From the NCBI GenBank assembly GCA_030390025.1, contig CM059432.1:118112001-118176000 (forward strand): 64,000 bases of DNA, read 5' to 3'. The translations under genes were made by a program, and so were the position numbers. The stretch comes from Squalus acanthias. Its lineage: Eukaryota. Of the stretch, positions 12,042 through 23,810 are shown in pieces. Within the stretch, counting starts at the first letter, position 1. Each line of letters starts with the position of its first letter. A model generated the notes under the pieces. It searched no databases. It was not told the origin of the DNA and saw only the letters and a program-made list of their open reading frames with translations.

Positions 12042-13989
12042 AAAGAAGAAAACCTCTGAAGCAGCAAAGGTTGCTTCCATCTCCTGAGGTGCTGCAGAGA
12101 ATGGGTCGTTGACCTCTTGATGCTTTAGATTGGCAACTGCATGCACATCCTGGCTCCTTCTTTGGGGATAAGCTAGAAACCACCAGGCAATGACTGGCTC
12201 TCTTCATCTGTTTTCAAGCTTTCTTTTAAGTTTGTTAAGGTGCTGCTGTTTGAGTCAATCAGGGGTTGAAAGGGTGACATACACTTTGTATATATAACAC
12301 TCTCAAGTGTAACACTTTGAGGAGTTTTGGACATGCTAGAAACAAGATTTATATGTTCAGGTAGTTTAGTGATAATGCTACAGTTATAAAGCTATTACTA
12401 ATGTAGCTCTCTTACTGTAATATTAGTATCATTTCTAGCTCCAACAGCTAAAAACGTACCAAACCAGTCTGTCCAGGGATAAAGGAAGTTCTTAGGACCA
12501 GCTGGCAGTGCAGGAGTTAATGGCGGTACTCATACAAGTTTTAAACGTTTAAATTGGGCTGCGTCCTCTCCACATATCCCAGATGGTTTCTGGACATTTG
12601 TGCTGACCTTTCTAGACAAAGACCTGCTTCAGACGAATAGAACATGCAGTGCTGAAACTGTAAAGAAATCTCCATACATCTTCCCCATCCTTAAAAAATA
12701 TGATTTAAACAATGAAGATCACAAGCAGAATTTCATCCTTGGTATTCTGTTGTTAAGTGCATATTCATCTTTTGAAAGAGCAATTTGGATCAAATGAGGT
12801 ATTAAAGTAGCAGACCTAAATGAGTCATCTGTATTGTACTTATAATGGTGCAAAGCTATTTAAAATAACGACTTCTATTTAATAAAATCTGCAATACTGT
12901 GCTTTGCATGGCGCCTGCAAATCCACATGTAGTAATGGGAATTTAGCTTAAGAGTTCTTTGGCATATTTTAATGCAATTGAACACAGTAGAACATTTTGA
13001 GATTCTTAGCTATTTATAGCGAGCTGATAAAGTTACCGCTTTCTTAGTTCAACAAAGGGAAGATATTAAATCCACAGAATTATTCCATGATTTCTAAATG
13101 TCTTTGAGCTGATGAGATCAATTATAATTAATGCTGTAATACTGCATCTGGAGACCAGGCATTTTCAATAAAGATTTCATTTGGATTCAATAAATTGAAT
13201 GCCTGTTCTCACTGCGGAGAAATTACTCTTCATAATAGAAAACAATCTCCAGTTATGGCTACACAAATGACCTTATTTACTCTGTGGCTTATGCTGAAAT
13301 TTCAGATTGGCAAACGTTAGTATTAAAGTGCTCTTTGGGAACATAATCTCACCCAAAGTATCAGCAATAATTGTTCCTCCTGCTTGAAATACCGTGTGTA
13401 GAAGTGTTCCATTTGGGACAGTATTTCGTTCCCAGTGCTGCTGAAAATTAAGGGCATTCAAGAACTTCTGCTGCGACAGCCGCCATCTTGGTCAGGCCTC
13501 AGTGGAAGTATTGCTTGTACTGCTGACTCCACAGGAAGAAAAATTCTGGGGGGGGGTGGGGGAGGGGGGGCGCGGGTGGATGTGGTAATGGGAGAACAAT
13601 TAACCGAGAAACAAATGTGTATGGTTTTCGCAGCCATTGCGGTTACTGCCATTGTACGTACACATTTTTGTATCTGCCCAGCCATTTCATTCCGCTAGCA
13701 GCATTTTTCTACTCAGTCAAACATATTTGTTCTCAAACTTCTGAGAACCTCTATTCATTCCTGGTCGTGTGACAGGAAAAGACTTCTTACCACCTATTGG
13801 CTCAGTGCTGATCCCACCAGATGTCGTAGGGGAGGCCCATTTGAATATTGCTGGGCAGGACAAAGGCATGTGTCACGCTAGCAATTGGTGCCCTATGCCT
13901 GTCAGGCCCAGAAAATTCAGGCAAAGTCATTCTGGTACCACAGCTACAGGAGCTAAAGATGGACTGCACTTAAAATAGAACCAGCAGGC

Positions 13990-14640
13990 AGCAAGCTGAA
14001 GACATGGCTCCAAAAGAACAATTAAAAGGTGAATAGCAAACTTTTTAAGAGAGTGATTCATTTTTATTTTAGTGAAATTAAGGCACAACAGGGAGGTGTG
14101 GCAAGACACAGCAACCAGAACCATGTAGAAGGATGTGATGTGGGCAGTGAGTGGCAGGTCCCATATCTCTAGAGCAGGGAAAAGTTTAATGGCCTCACTA
14201 GGTTAATAAAGGTATGATGGCAGCAAGCTGCCATTCAATTATGTTTTGAACTTTATAGTCGAAAGACAAATATCAAACCTAAAAATGCAATAACGCGCAT
14301 ATGGGCACATCCTGTGAACTCAATGAACTGAACAGACTCCTTCATATGGAAGAATTAAATTGTATGGCTGGAGAATCCTGCAATGCATGCCATTTGGCAA
14401 GTCATTTCCTTCATGGAAACCCCATAAGAGACGAGTTCTCCAACAGATGTCAAGTAAAGCAGTATGTCTCTGAAAGTAACAAGCATTCTCTTTATGTAGG
14501 AAAAACTTGCACATAATTCACATGAACAAGCTACAGAAGGAGGAACAGCTGATCTCCATTGATTAACCCTGCAGGAGGAAAAGGCCATGGAGATCTTGGA
14601 ATCCGACTCAGATGAAGTGGTGGGGAAGGAGATATGGAAG
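13990..14640 (+). pseudogene. Old Harbinger Myb/SANT gene remnant
   Basis: gaaaagtttaatggcctcactaggttaataaag|gtatg (EKFNGLTRLIK plus donor) resembles RKKFNDLTRVVR|gtgagt; exon-2-like remnant near 14520-14640. Confidence 0.45.
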
Positions 14641-16902
14641 GGCCTGCAGCCACAAGTGGTTTGTGAGGAACAAACGTTAATGCCCAAAAGCAAAATTCCC
14701 AGCCAAGAGTAGCAGTCTGTCACTGATATACTAGCGCTGAGAGGACACCTCTGTCCCAAGAGGCTCATAACCATATAGAGTAGCCATCCCTATTTGGGAC
14801 CCTCGGCCCTTGGTGGTATTTAGAAGTGTAAGAACAGGACAATGGAAAACTAGAAAAGGCATAAGGAGAGTGCACGGTGATGAAAATAAGTGACTTTAAA
14901 ATTTCCAGAAACCTTACATGCTTTTTGTTGATTCAAATATATTTATGAATTTTGTGATTTTATTTAAAAGCTGCACGGGAACGGAAAAAAGAGATTTGTG
15001 GATGAATTTAATGATGACATTTAATGATGGATGGAGTGTTCTGAACAGTAGTAGGTTTAAATTATGTGGAGCATCCTGGATATTACAGATATTGTACAGC
15101 TGTAATATGGTCAGAGATTATTGAAAGTCTCTCAGATGAGTTTGGCTTGCAGCTCTCTCCCAGCAGCTGTCTGTGACCCTGCTGTGTCCTTCTCATGTCC
15201 GAGTTCTGCTATCTGGGAGATTCAGCTCTGTTTCCTTCTCAGAAATCTCACTTCCAGGTCTTTCTAAAGAACAGAATTGTGGAGGTCACTGCAGGACACC
15301 ACAATTTACAAGGAAACATTGGAAGCAGACTGGAGGGAGCCCCCAGGTCTATCGAGATACCTAGAATCTTCCCTTCAGCCTTTACAATTGCCTGTTCAAT
15401 TTTAATTCAAATGTAGATGTGAGCCTTGTTGTGGCATTCCTCCACTTCATTGGAGGTCCTGTTCCATGTTGTTAGAAGCCACGGTAGTATAAGATATCCC
15501 CTAATTCCAGGAAGCAGCTTGCCTTGATTCTGAAAGACCGTTGAAGGTTGAAATCACGGTGTGGGATACTTGTAACAAACTGACATAAATGTGTTAACAC
15601 CTCTGTTAAAATAAAAGGCAAAGGATTTTCATATCAGAGTATTAACACATATCACACAGCACAATTTAAAACCACAAGGCTTAATTATTCTGGACTAAAG
15701 TGGAATGAGGGTAGAGCTCTTTGAACACAGAGACATAAATTAATGGAGCTATTTCAGGACAGCTTCTGGAGGTTGGAAGCAGATTAAGAGGCTATACTTG
15801 ATCTACTTTTTAGCAGAGAGCATGAGATGGTAGAATATTTGAGTGCCAAACATCACATTCTGATTAAATTTGATACTGTACTGGGGTAGGAGCAAGAGGT
15901 AATAAAATCAATACATCAGATTAGGCGAGCTGATTGTAAGAAGCCTAGAAGGCTAAACTGTGGGGGATAAATTAACAAACAACACTGGAGGAAAAGAAAT
16001 GCTACACAAAAATGGAATGCTTTTAATGGAGCCAGTACAAATAAATATATTGAAGTATTGCACTGTTTCTACGGGTGTTCTGTTATTCTGTCCTCATTAC
16101 CATTGCCTCTGGTTGCACTGTTGTTCAGCCACCTATCATATAGTGCAAAAATAGGAAAATATTAAACTTAAAAATAATTAAGTACAGATATTAAAACAGC
16201 AGAAGGAAATGTTAAAAAAAATAAGTTTGGAAAGTATAATTTGCATAGCAACAACCCATGAAAAGGATCATAGAATCTTACAGCACAGAAGGAGGTCATT
16301 CAGCCCATCACACCTGTGCCGGCTCTTTGAAAGAGCTGTCCAATTTAGTCCCACATCCCAGCTTTCTCCCCATAACCCTGCAAATTAGTCCTCTTCACGT
16401 ACATGTCCAATTGCCTTCTAAAAGTTACCTTGGAATTTGATTCCACCACACTTTCAGGTAATGCATTGCAGATCTTAACAACCGTCTGTGTGAAGAGATT
16501 TCTCATTTCCCCTCTAGCTCTTTAACCAATTATTTTAAATCTATGGAGCTAGAAATTCAATTATAGCCCCGGAATGGGCGGTATAATTAGAAAAGTTGGA
16601 GTATTAGCGCCAGGCGCTAGTGCTTTAGACTGCACGCAAAATTCATGCTCACGGCTCAAAGAAATGATTGGAGTCCTAATTCAAGAATTTAAGCCCAAGC
16701 TCATTCGCATTACACGCAAAAAGTGGACCAATATCAGGTGCAGTCTCATCGCAAGTCATGATTGCCACAGTCTTTTTTCAGTTCTTAAAGGGGAGGTTCA
16801 TTGATGCTGCAGAACCTCATTCTCAGCATTGCTGGCTGTGCAGCTGCATCAGCAAACAACAGCAGGTCAAGGAGAAGGAGCTGGAGGACTGAAGCAGCTG
16901 TA

Positions 16903-18788
16903 ATGATGGCAGATCCACGCCCCAGGGAAAGAGCCCACAGATTCTGGTGTTTGCTGTGGAGAGGTGGAGGGTGGTGCTCTACCCGACAAGTGGCAGGAGG
17001 GCCTCGCCCCAACTCTTCCACACCATGTGGAGGGAGGTAGCGCAGAACATCTCGGGCAGTACTGTGGTCCCCAGGACACACACGCAGTGCAGGAAGAAAT
17101 TTAACGACCTCACTCGGGTGGTCAGGGTGAGTGAATGCTTCAACAAATGCTACATACCACCATCTGTACCACAGTCTGCACACACTGCCCAAAGCACCAC
17201 ACCCCCAGCACTCACCCACCAACAATCTCTAACTACCAACACTCAAACCCACATCTCACACCTTGCACACAATGACAGCTATTCAACTATGGCAGGCACA
17301 TCACCCAAATACATTGCTCCACACTCACTCATACACTTTCCTTTCTCTTGCAGCCAAGGTGGCTCACAACAGGAGGGAACAGGAGTGGACAGGCGGGGGA
17401 CAAGCTGACACCCAACCACTTTCTGTGCTGGAAAATAGAGTGCTGGAGATTATAGGGCGCCAGGTGGTGGGCGCCATGGCCATCGGCGACATTGACCCCC
17501 TTGGGGACAACAATGGTATGTTCATCCCTACTCCTTCTTCTCATATCCCACTTCCCCCTCACCCCACAAGCATTTCACACTTTCCAGCTAATCATGCTGT
17601 ATGCATGTCTTTCTCCCTTTCTGCCCCCCTCCCCTCATCTTAACCTGACTCTTATGTAGTTATGCTTTCAGATAATGAGCAAGCACCTGAGCAGCCTGTC
17701 CCTGAGGGCACCGTAGAGAGCGAGGCAGGAGAGGAGGAGGAGGAAGAACACACCGCGTCACTGCATGTCTCACCCGCACGCACCAGCTCAGACACTGGCA
17801 CTACGCATTCTTTAGAGCCTAGTATAGTAGTGGGATCTGCATAGGGTGAGGCACCAGGGACGAGTGGGCTGCAGCAAAGCCAGGGGAAAGGGTAGCTCGG
17901 GGGCCAGCACCCCAGAGGGCGAGTTTGCGCATGAGTTCTGCTGCACAGGACTCAGAGGAGGACCTCGATGGGGAGGCATTTAGAAGGAGGGTGATGGGCA
18001 TGCACACCGAGATGATAGGCGCAATGGCAAGTGTGCTTGAGCGCCTCTCGGCAATGATAAGGAGCGTGGAGGAGTTTGTCTCGAACATTGCACAGAGCTC
18101 TGCGCACACCATGGAGCCTATCGTTCCCAGTCTGCAAAGGATGGTAGACTCCCAGACAAACCATGGTGACACAGACCTCATGCCGCATGTGATTTGTGAT
18201 CTGGCAGCTTCTATTGCAGCACAGGCGGAAGCAACGCAACGTCTTAGTGCTTTAATGCAGTCTATACTTGGTGCCATCCAATCTCAGACTGTTCTTATGC
18301 AGTCTCAGCTTGATGTCACGCAAGCTCTCACTGCTGCCATCGTGGCTGGGTCTACCACTGTTGACCGGGGCTTTCACGGTGTCGCAGCAGGCCAGCAATC
18401 TGTGCTCCAACAGATTGCTAGGGATGTTGAGGTGCTGCCCCTGGGGAGTGGCAGTGGGTCAGTGGAACAGGAGCCTGTGGTCCTCTATCAGGATGACAGT
18501 ATTCCTGCTCCCACCACTGCCATTCTGCCATTGCCCTTGTCGCTGCCTGTCATCCAGCCAGCCCAGACTACTGCCGCCCATGCTGAGGTGGTGCAGTCTA
18601 CAGCTGGGCCTTCCAGGTCCAGAGCTGGTCGAGGGCATCCTGCAAGGCCTTCTGAAGTCTCCCGCATGGACACTCGGCAGCCTTCCACCAGCCCTGCTGC
18701 AGCCACAGGGCCAACACTTCATAGGAGCACTAGAGTAGGCAAAGGCACAGTAACGACAGGCACTAAGGGATTGCACAAGGGAGAATAG
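16903..18788 (+). pseudogene. Harbinger Myb/SANT-like DNA-binding protein gene, 3 exons (~16903-17126, 17354-17515, 17672-18788), disrupted
   Basis: RERAHRF..WREVAQNISG..PRTHTQCRKKFNDLTRVVR|gtgagt; AKVAHNRREQEWTGGG; GT-AG introns; frameshifts and an in-frame TAG near 17842. Confidence 0.85.
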
Positions 18789-18953
18789 TTCATATTGTTT
18801 TTGTAAATATGTGTTCCCTAATTTTTGATAAATTTATTAATTCAGTTTGGATTCTTTTGTGGTTTCTCTCATTTCAGCTGTGCGCTGTGATATGGACTGC
18901 GACAGGGATGGAATGATGGGGATCTGGTGAGCAACGGGGATCTGGGGTTCAAT

Positions 18954-19794
18954 TCATTGGAACCGCAGTCTGATGAGGCGATCACGGAACACCCTTCCGG
19001 AAGGCCGATTGAGTGGCTGCCTCCTCCCTCACTCCTGTTCTTCCTCCTCTTCCTCCTCATCCTCCTCGTTGTCCTCCTCGTCTTCCTCTTCCTCCTCGTC
19101 CTCCTCCTCATCTTCCTCTTCCTCCTCGTCCTCCTCTTCTCTACTCGTCCTCCTCCTGAGGTGGTCCCGCAATCCCTGGTGGCAAGGGCTGGGCCCTCAT
19201 GATGGCCAAGTTGTGGAGCATGCAGCAGACCACCACAAAATGGGACACCCGCTCAGCCGAGTACTAGAGGGCTCCTCCCGAGCGGTCAAGGCAGCAGAAC
19301 CATTGCTTGAGCACCCCGATGGTCTGCTTGATGATGTTCCTGGTGGCAGCATGGCTCTCATTATATGATTGCTGGGAAGGAGTGTTGGGGTTGCGGAGGG
19401 GGAGTCATGAGCCAGGTGCAGAGCGGACAGCCCTGACCAGCCAGCCGTGAGTTTGACGTGGTTGGCTCACCAGTCTGGTGCAGGAAGAAGGCATCGTGGC
19501 TGCTGCCAGGATAGCGGTGGTCGCCGTGATCTGAGGCTGGAGGTCTGGTTGCAGGAGGTGGCAGAGTTCTGTAACCACCTCCTTGGTGAATCGGAGCCTT
19601 CTAATACACTGCTCCTCGCTTAATTGGAGGTAAGAGAAGTGCTCTCGGAATACCCTTGGAGGGTAAGGCCTCCTGTTGAGAGCCCTGATGGCCCTCCTCC
19701 TCCCTCTGGGCATATGTTCCAGTCTTTCTCGCTGCCTCCGCTCCCTCTACCATAGATCCTGGAGGGTGAGGTCGACTGCCAGTACAGCCCCCAT
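18954..19794 (-). pseudogene. Harbinger (HARBI1-like) DDE transposase, internally deleted
   Basis: RRPYPPRVFREHFSYLQLSEEQCIRRLRFTKEVVTELC; YPGSSHDAF; YNESHAATRNIIKQTIGVLKQWFCCLD; CCMLHNLA. The GAIDCTH segment is missing. Confidence 0.85.
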
Positions 19795-21637
19795 TAATGT
19801 AACGATGTGTAGCAGTTTGATTTTTTAAAGAATAAATGTAGCTACTTTTTAGATGCCACAACACTCCTGATACTAAATAACCTTGAAATTACCATATGAG
19901 GCTGTTGCACTATGTGAAACTGACAAGAAAGCATTGAAACTCCACTAACCTACAGCTGTGACTCATTACTGGTGATCCCTTTAAATAACTTCACTGGAGC
20001 CGGCTTCCTGTTGCTTCACGCCAGCTCTCCCTGTCGCTGTTTCCTCCAGGCGCTAAGGTAGGTGGCGACAATCAATTTCGCAGATCGGGCCACCAGTGAG
20101 CATTGCTCACTCACTGGTGTCACGATCCACCAGATGTTGAGGTTCCCGGCGATAACTGTTAGCGGCGGCGCTGCGGGGGTGGCAGGATTTGCTGTGCGGT
20201 GTTGGACTCGCCTCACCCGGTGATAATGCTATAGCGCCCCGTTAGTGCCATCAGCTGGTGCTAATGGGAGGCGCTAAGGTAATTAATTTTTCCCCCATGA
20301 ACTCTGGTTTCCGACCCAGTTATCAAAAGAAATAGTTTCTCCCTACTTGCTCTATCAAAACCCCTCATAATTTTGAATACCTCTATTAGGTCTCCCCTTA
20401 ACCTTCTCTGCTGTAAAGAGAACAATTCCAGCTTCTCCAATATCTCCACATAACTGAATTCCCTCATCTCTGGTATCATCCTGGTCAACCTCCTCTGTAC
20501 CCTCTCCAGGGCCTTGACATCCTTCCTAAAGTGCAGTGCCCAGAATTGTACACAATACTCCAGCTGTGGCATAACCAGAGATTTGTAAAATTTTAGCATG
20601 ACTTCCTTGTTTTTGTATTCAATGCCCTTATTTACAAAGCCAAGTATCCTGTACATTTTCTAAACTGCCTTATCAACTTGCCCTGCCACCTTCAAAGATT
20701 AAAAGTTATGGTTCTGTACTGGAATCACTGCACCACACTTCACTAAACATTCTTCCCATCCTCACATACTCACCACTATTACAAACTTCACTTACCCACA
20801 ATTCATCTTATGCACACAATCAGGCATAAAGTGCAGAGAGGGGGAAGAATTTCTGAAGTGTGTTCAGGAGAACTTTCTTGATCAGTACGTTTCCGGCCCA
20901 ACGAGGAAGGAGCCATTGCTTTATCTGGTTCTGGGGAATGAGGTGGGGCAAGTGGAGCAAGTGTCAGTGGAGGAACATTTAGGAAACAGTGATCATAGTA
21001 TCATAAGGTTTAGATTAGCTATGGAAAAGGAAAGGGAGCAAACGAGAGTAAAAATATTTAATTGGAGAAAGGCCAATTTCAGTGGGTTGAGAACAGATCT
21101 GACCGGGGTAAATTGGAATCAAAGATTGGCAGGCAAAACTGTTATCACACAATGGGCTGGCTTTAAAGAGGAGATGGTTCGGGTACAGTCGAGGTACATT
21201 CCCACGAGGGGGAAAGGTTGGGCAATCAAAGTCAGAGCTCCCTGGATGGCAAAAGAGATAGAGAGTAAGACGAAGCAGAAAAAGAGCATGTATGACAGAT
21301 GTCAGATTGAGAATACAAGTGAGAACCAGGCTGAATATAGAAAGTTCAGAGAGGAAGTGAAAAATAAAAGAAAAGGGGCAAAGAGAGAGTATGAGAATAG
21401 ACTGGCAGCTAATATAAAAAAGGAATTCAAAAGTCTTCTATAGGCATATAAATAGTAAACGGGTAGTAAGAGGAGGGGTGGGGCTGATTAGGGACCAAAA
21501 CAAAGACCTACACATGGAGGCAGAGGGCATGGCTGAGGTACTAAATGAGAATTTTGCATCTGTCTTCATCAAGGAAGAAGATGCTGCCAAAGTCATAGTG
21601 AAAGAGGAGCTAGTGCAGATACTGGATGGGATAAAAA

Positions 21638-23710
21638 TTGACAACGTTCCTGGGAGGACTGGAGGTAGATAAACAATGGCAAGCATTTAAAGATAGAATG
21701 ACAAAATTGCAAAAATTGTTCATACCAATCTGGCATAAAAGGAAATCTAAAAAGGTGACTCAACCGTGGATAACAGGGGAAATTAGAGACAGCATAAAAT
21801 CCAAAGATAGGGCGTATAAAATAGCCAAAAAAAGCGCCAGAGCGGAAGATTGGGAACAGTTTAAGATAGAGCAAAGGAGGACAAAGGGCTTAATCAAGAG
21901 GGGCAAAATAGCTTACGAAAGCAAGCTGGCGGAAAATATAAAAACTAACTCCAAAAGCTTTTATAAGTATATCAAGAGGAAAAGACTGGTGAAAACCAAA
22001 GTTGGCCCATTGCAGTCAGATACGGGGGAATATATAACGGGAAATAAGGAAATGGCAGACCAACTAAATGCATACTTTGGGTCAGTCTTTACGAAGGAAG
22101 ACACAAAAAACCTCCCTGGGATATCGGGAAAAATAGGGACATTTGCAAAGGAGGAACTGACGCAAGTCAATATCTCTAAGGATATGGTGTTAAGGAAGCT
22201 AAAGGGATTGAAGGCGGACAAATCCCCAGGGCCTGATAACATGCATCCTAGGGTGCTGAAGGAGGTGGCCCTAGAGATAGCGGATGCACTAAGTATGATT
22301 TTTCAGAATTCATTAGACTCGGGAACAGTGCCCATGGATTGGAGGGTAGCTAACGTTACCCCACTATTCAAAAAGGGGGGTAGGGAAAAAGCAGGTAATT
22401 ACAGACCTGTAAGCCTTACATCAGTTGTGGGCAAAATGCTGGAGTCCATCATTAAGGATGAAATAGCGGAGCACTTAGCAAATGGGGACAGGATAGGACA
22501 GAGTCAACATGGATTTACAAAGGGTAAATCGTGCTTGACTAATCTATTGGAATTTTTTGAGGGAGTAACTGGTAAAATAGATGGGGGAGAGCCAGTAGAT
22601 GTGGTGTACCTGGACTTCCAAAAGGCCTTCGATAAGGTCTCACATAAAAGATTAGCAGGGAAAATTGAAGCTCATGGGATAAAGGGGAAAGTATTGACGT
22701 GGATAGAGAACTGGCTGTCAGATAGAAAACAGAGAGTTGGAATAAACGGCTCATTTTCTGAATGGCAGGCAGTAACAAGTGGGGTACCACAGGGATCTGT
22801 CCTGGGTCCCCAGCTGTTCACAATTTACATTAATGACCTGGATCAGGGAGTCGGATGCAGCATTTCCAAATTTGCAGACGACACTAAACTAGGAGGGGGG
22901 GTGGGCTCAGAGGAGGAGACCAGGAAGCTCCAGAGCGATTTGGACAGACTGGGTGATTGGGCGGATAAATGGCAGATGCACTATAATGTGGACAAGTGCG
23001 AAGTTATCCACCTTGGGTGCAGGAACGGGAGGGCAAATTATTATTTAAATGGCAATAAATTGGGAGAGGGGGAAGTACAGAGAGACCTGGGTGTTCTTGT
23101 ACACCAGTCACTGAAGGCGAGCATGCAGGTGCAACAGGCGGTCAAGAAGGCAAACGGTATGCTGGCCTTCATAGCAAAAGGGTTGGAATACAGGAACAGG
23201 GATACCTTGCTGCAGCTGTACAGGGCACTGGTGAGACCACACCTCGAGTACTGTGTACAGTTTTGGTCGCCTCATCTGAGGAAAGATGTTCTTGCCATGG
23301 AGGGGGTGCAGCGGCGATTCACCAGGCTGATACCAGGAATGGCGGGATTGACCTATGAGGAGAGACTATGTAGTTTAGGGATGTACACACTGGAGTTTAG
23401 AAGATTGAGAGGGGACCTCATAGAAGTGTATAAAATTCTGACAGGTCTAGACAGACTAGATGCAGAAGGAATGTTTCCCTTGGCGGGTGAGAACAGAACT
23501 AGAGGACATAATTTAAGGATAAGGGCTAAACCATTTAGGACAGAAATGAGGGGGAATTTCTTCACTCAGAGGGTGGTGAACCTGTGGAACTCATTGCCAC
23601 AGAGGGCAGTGTACGCCAGCTCATTAAATATATTTAAGAGGGAATTAGATATATTTATACAGGCAAAAGGGGTTAAGGGTTACGGAGAGAAGGCGGGGAC
23701 GGGATACTGA
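21638..23710 (+). CDS. CR1 ORF2 reverse transcriptase, N-terminally truncated (no endonuclease), 690 aa open
   Basis: KSPGPD, NYRPVSLTS, QHGF, YLDFQKAFDKV, GVPQGSVLGP, FADD, LVRPHLEY; no internal stops. Confidence 0.9.
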   Translation: MTTFLGGLEVDKQWQAFKDRMTKLQKLFIPIWHKRKSKKVTQPWITGEIRDSIKSKDRAYKIAKKSARAEDWEQFKIEQRRTKGLIKRGKIAYESKLAENIKTNSKSFYKYIKRKRLVKTKVGPLQSDTGEYITGNKEMADQLNAYFGSVFTKEDTKNLPGISGKIGTFAKEELTQVNISKDMVLRKLKGLKADKSPGPDNMHPRVLKEVALEIADALSMIFQNSLDSGTVPMDWRVANVTPLFKKGGREKAGNYRPVSLTSVVGKMLESIIKDEIAEHLANGDRIGQSQHGFTKGKSCLTNLLEFFEGVTGKIDGGEPVDVVYLDFQKAFDKVSHKRLAGKIEAHGIKGKVLTWIENWLSDRKQRVGINGSFSEWQAVTSGVPQGSVLGPQLFTIYINDLDQGVGCSISKFADDTKLGGGVGSEEETRKLQSDLDRLGDWADKWQMHYNVDKCEVIHLGCRNGRANYYLNGNKLGEGEVQRDLGVLVHQSLKASMQVQQAVKKANGMLAFIAKGLEYRNRDTLLQLYRALVRPHLEYCVQFWSPHLRKDVLAMEGVQRRFTRLIPGMAGLTYEERLCSLGMYTLEFRRLRGDLIEVYKILTGLDRLDAEGMFPLAGENRTRGHNLRIRAKPFRTEMRGNFFTQRVVNLWNSLPQRAVYASSLNIFKRELDIFIQAKGVKGYGEKAGTGY

Positions 23711-23810
23711 ATTGGAGGATCAGCCATGATCTCATTAAATGGCGGAGCAGGCTCGAAGGGCCGGATGGCCTACTCCTGCTCCTATCTTCTATGTATCTAT
23801 GTATCTATGT
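21642..23810 (+). mobile_element. Young 5'-truncated CR1 LINE
   Basis: Uninterrupted ORF, 3'UTR and (tatgtatc)n tail; inserted between aaaattga and taaagagg of the host CR1. Confidence 0.95.

Larger units (their letters stand above)
16546..20296. mobile_element. PIF/Harbinger DNA transposon A (decayed two-gene element)
   Basis: TIRs gagctagaaatt / aatttttccccc, ATG TSD, convergent Myb/SANT and transposase genes. Confidence 0.9.
16268..20700 (-). mobile_element. CR1 LINE fragment interrupted by Harbinger element A
   Basis: ORF 20261-20656 LEYCVQFWALHFRKDVKALERVQRR; 3' end at 16268-16545; halves join as ttttaaatctatg|aactctggtt. Confidence 0.85.

Noticed and set aside
17925..18788. 287-aa ORF as a host gene
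   Set aside because: It is exon 3 of the transposon Myb gene inside TIRs; upstream exons have stops and frameshifts.
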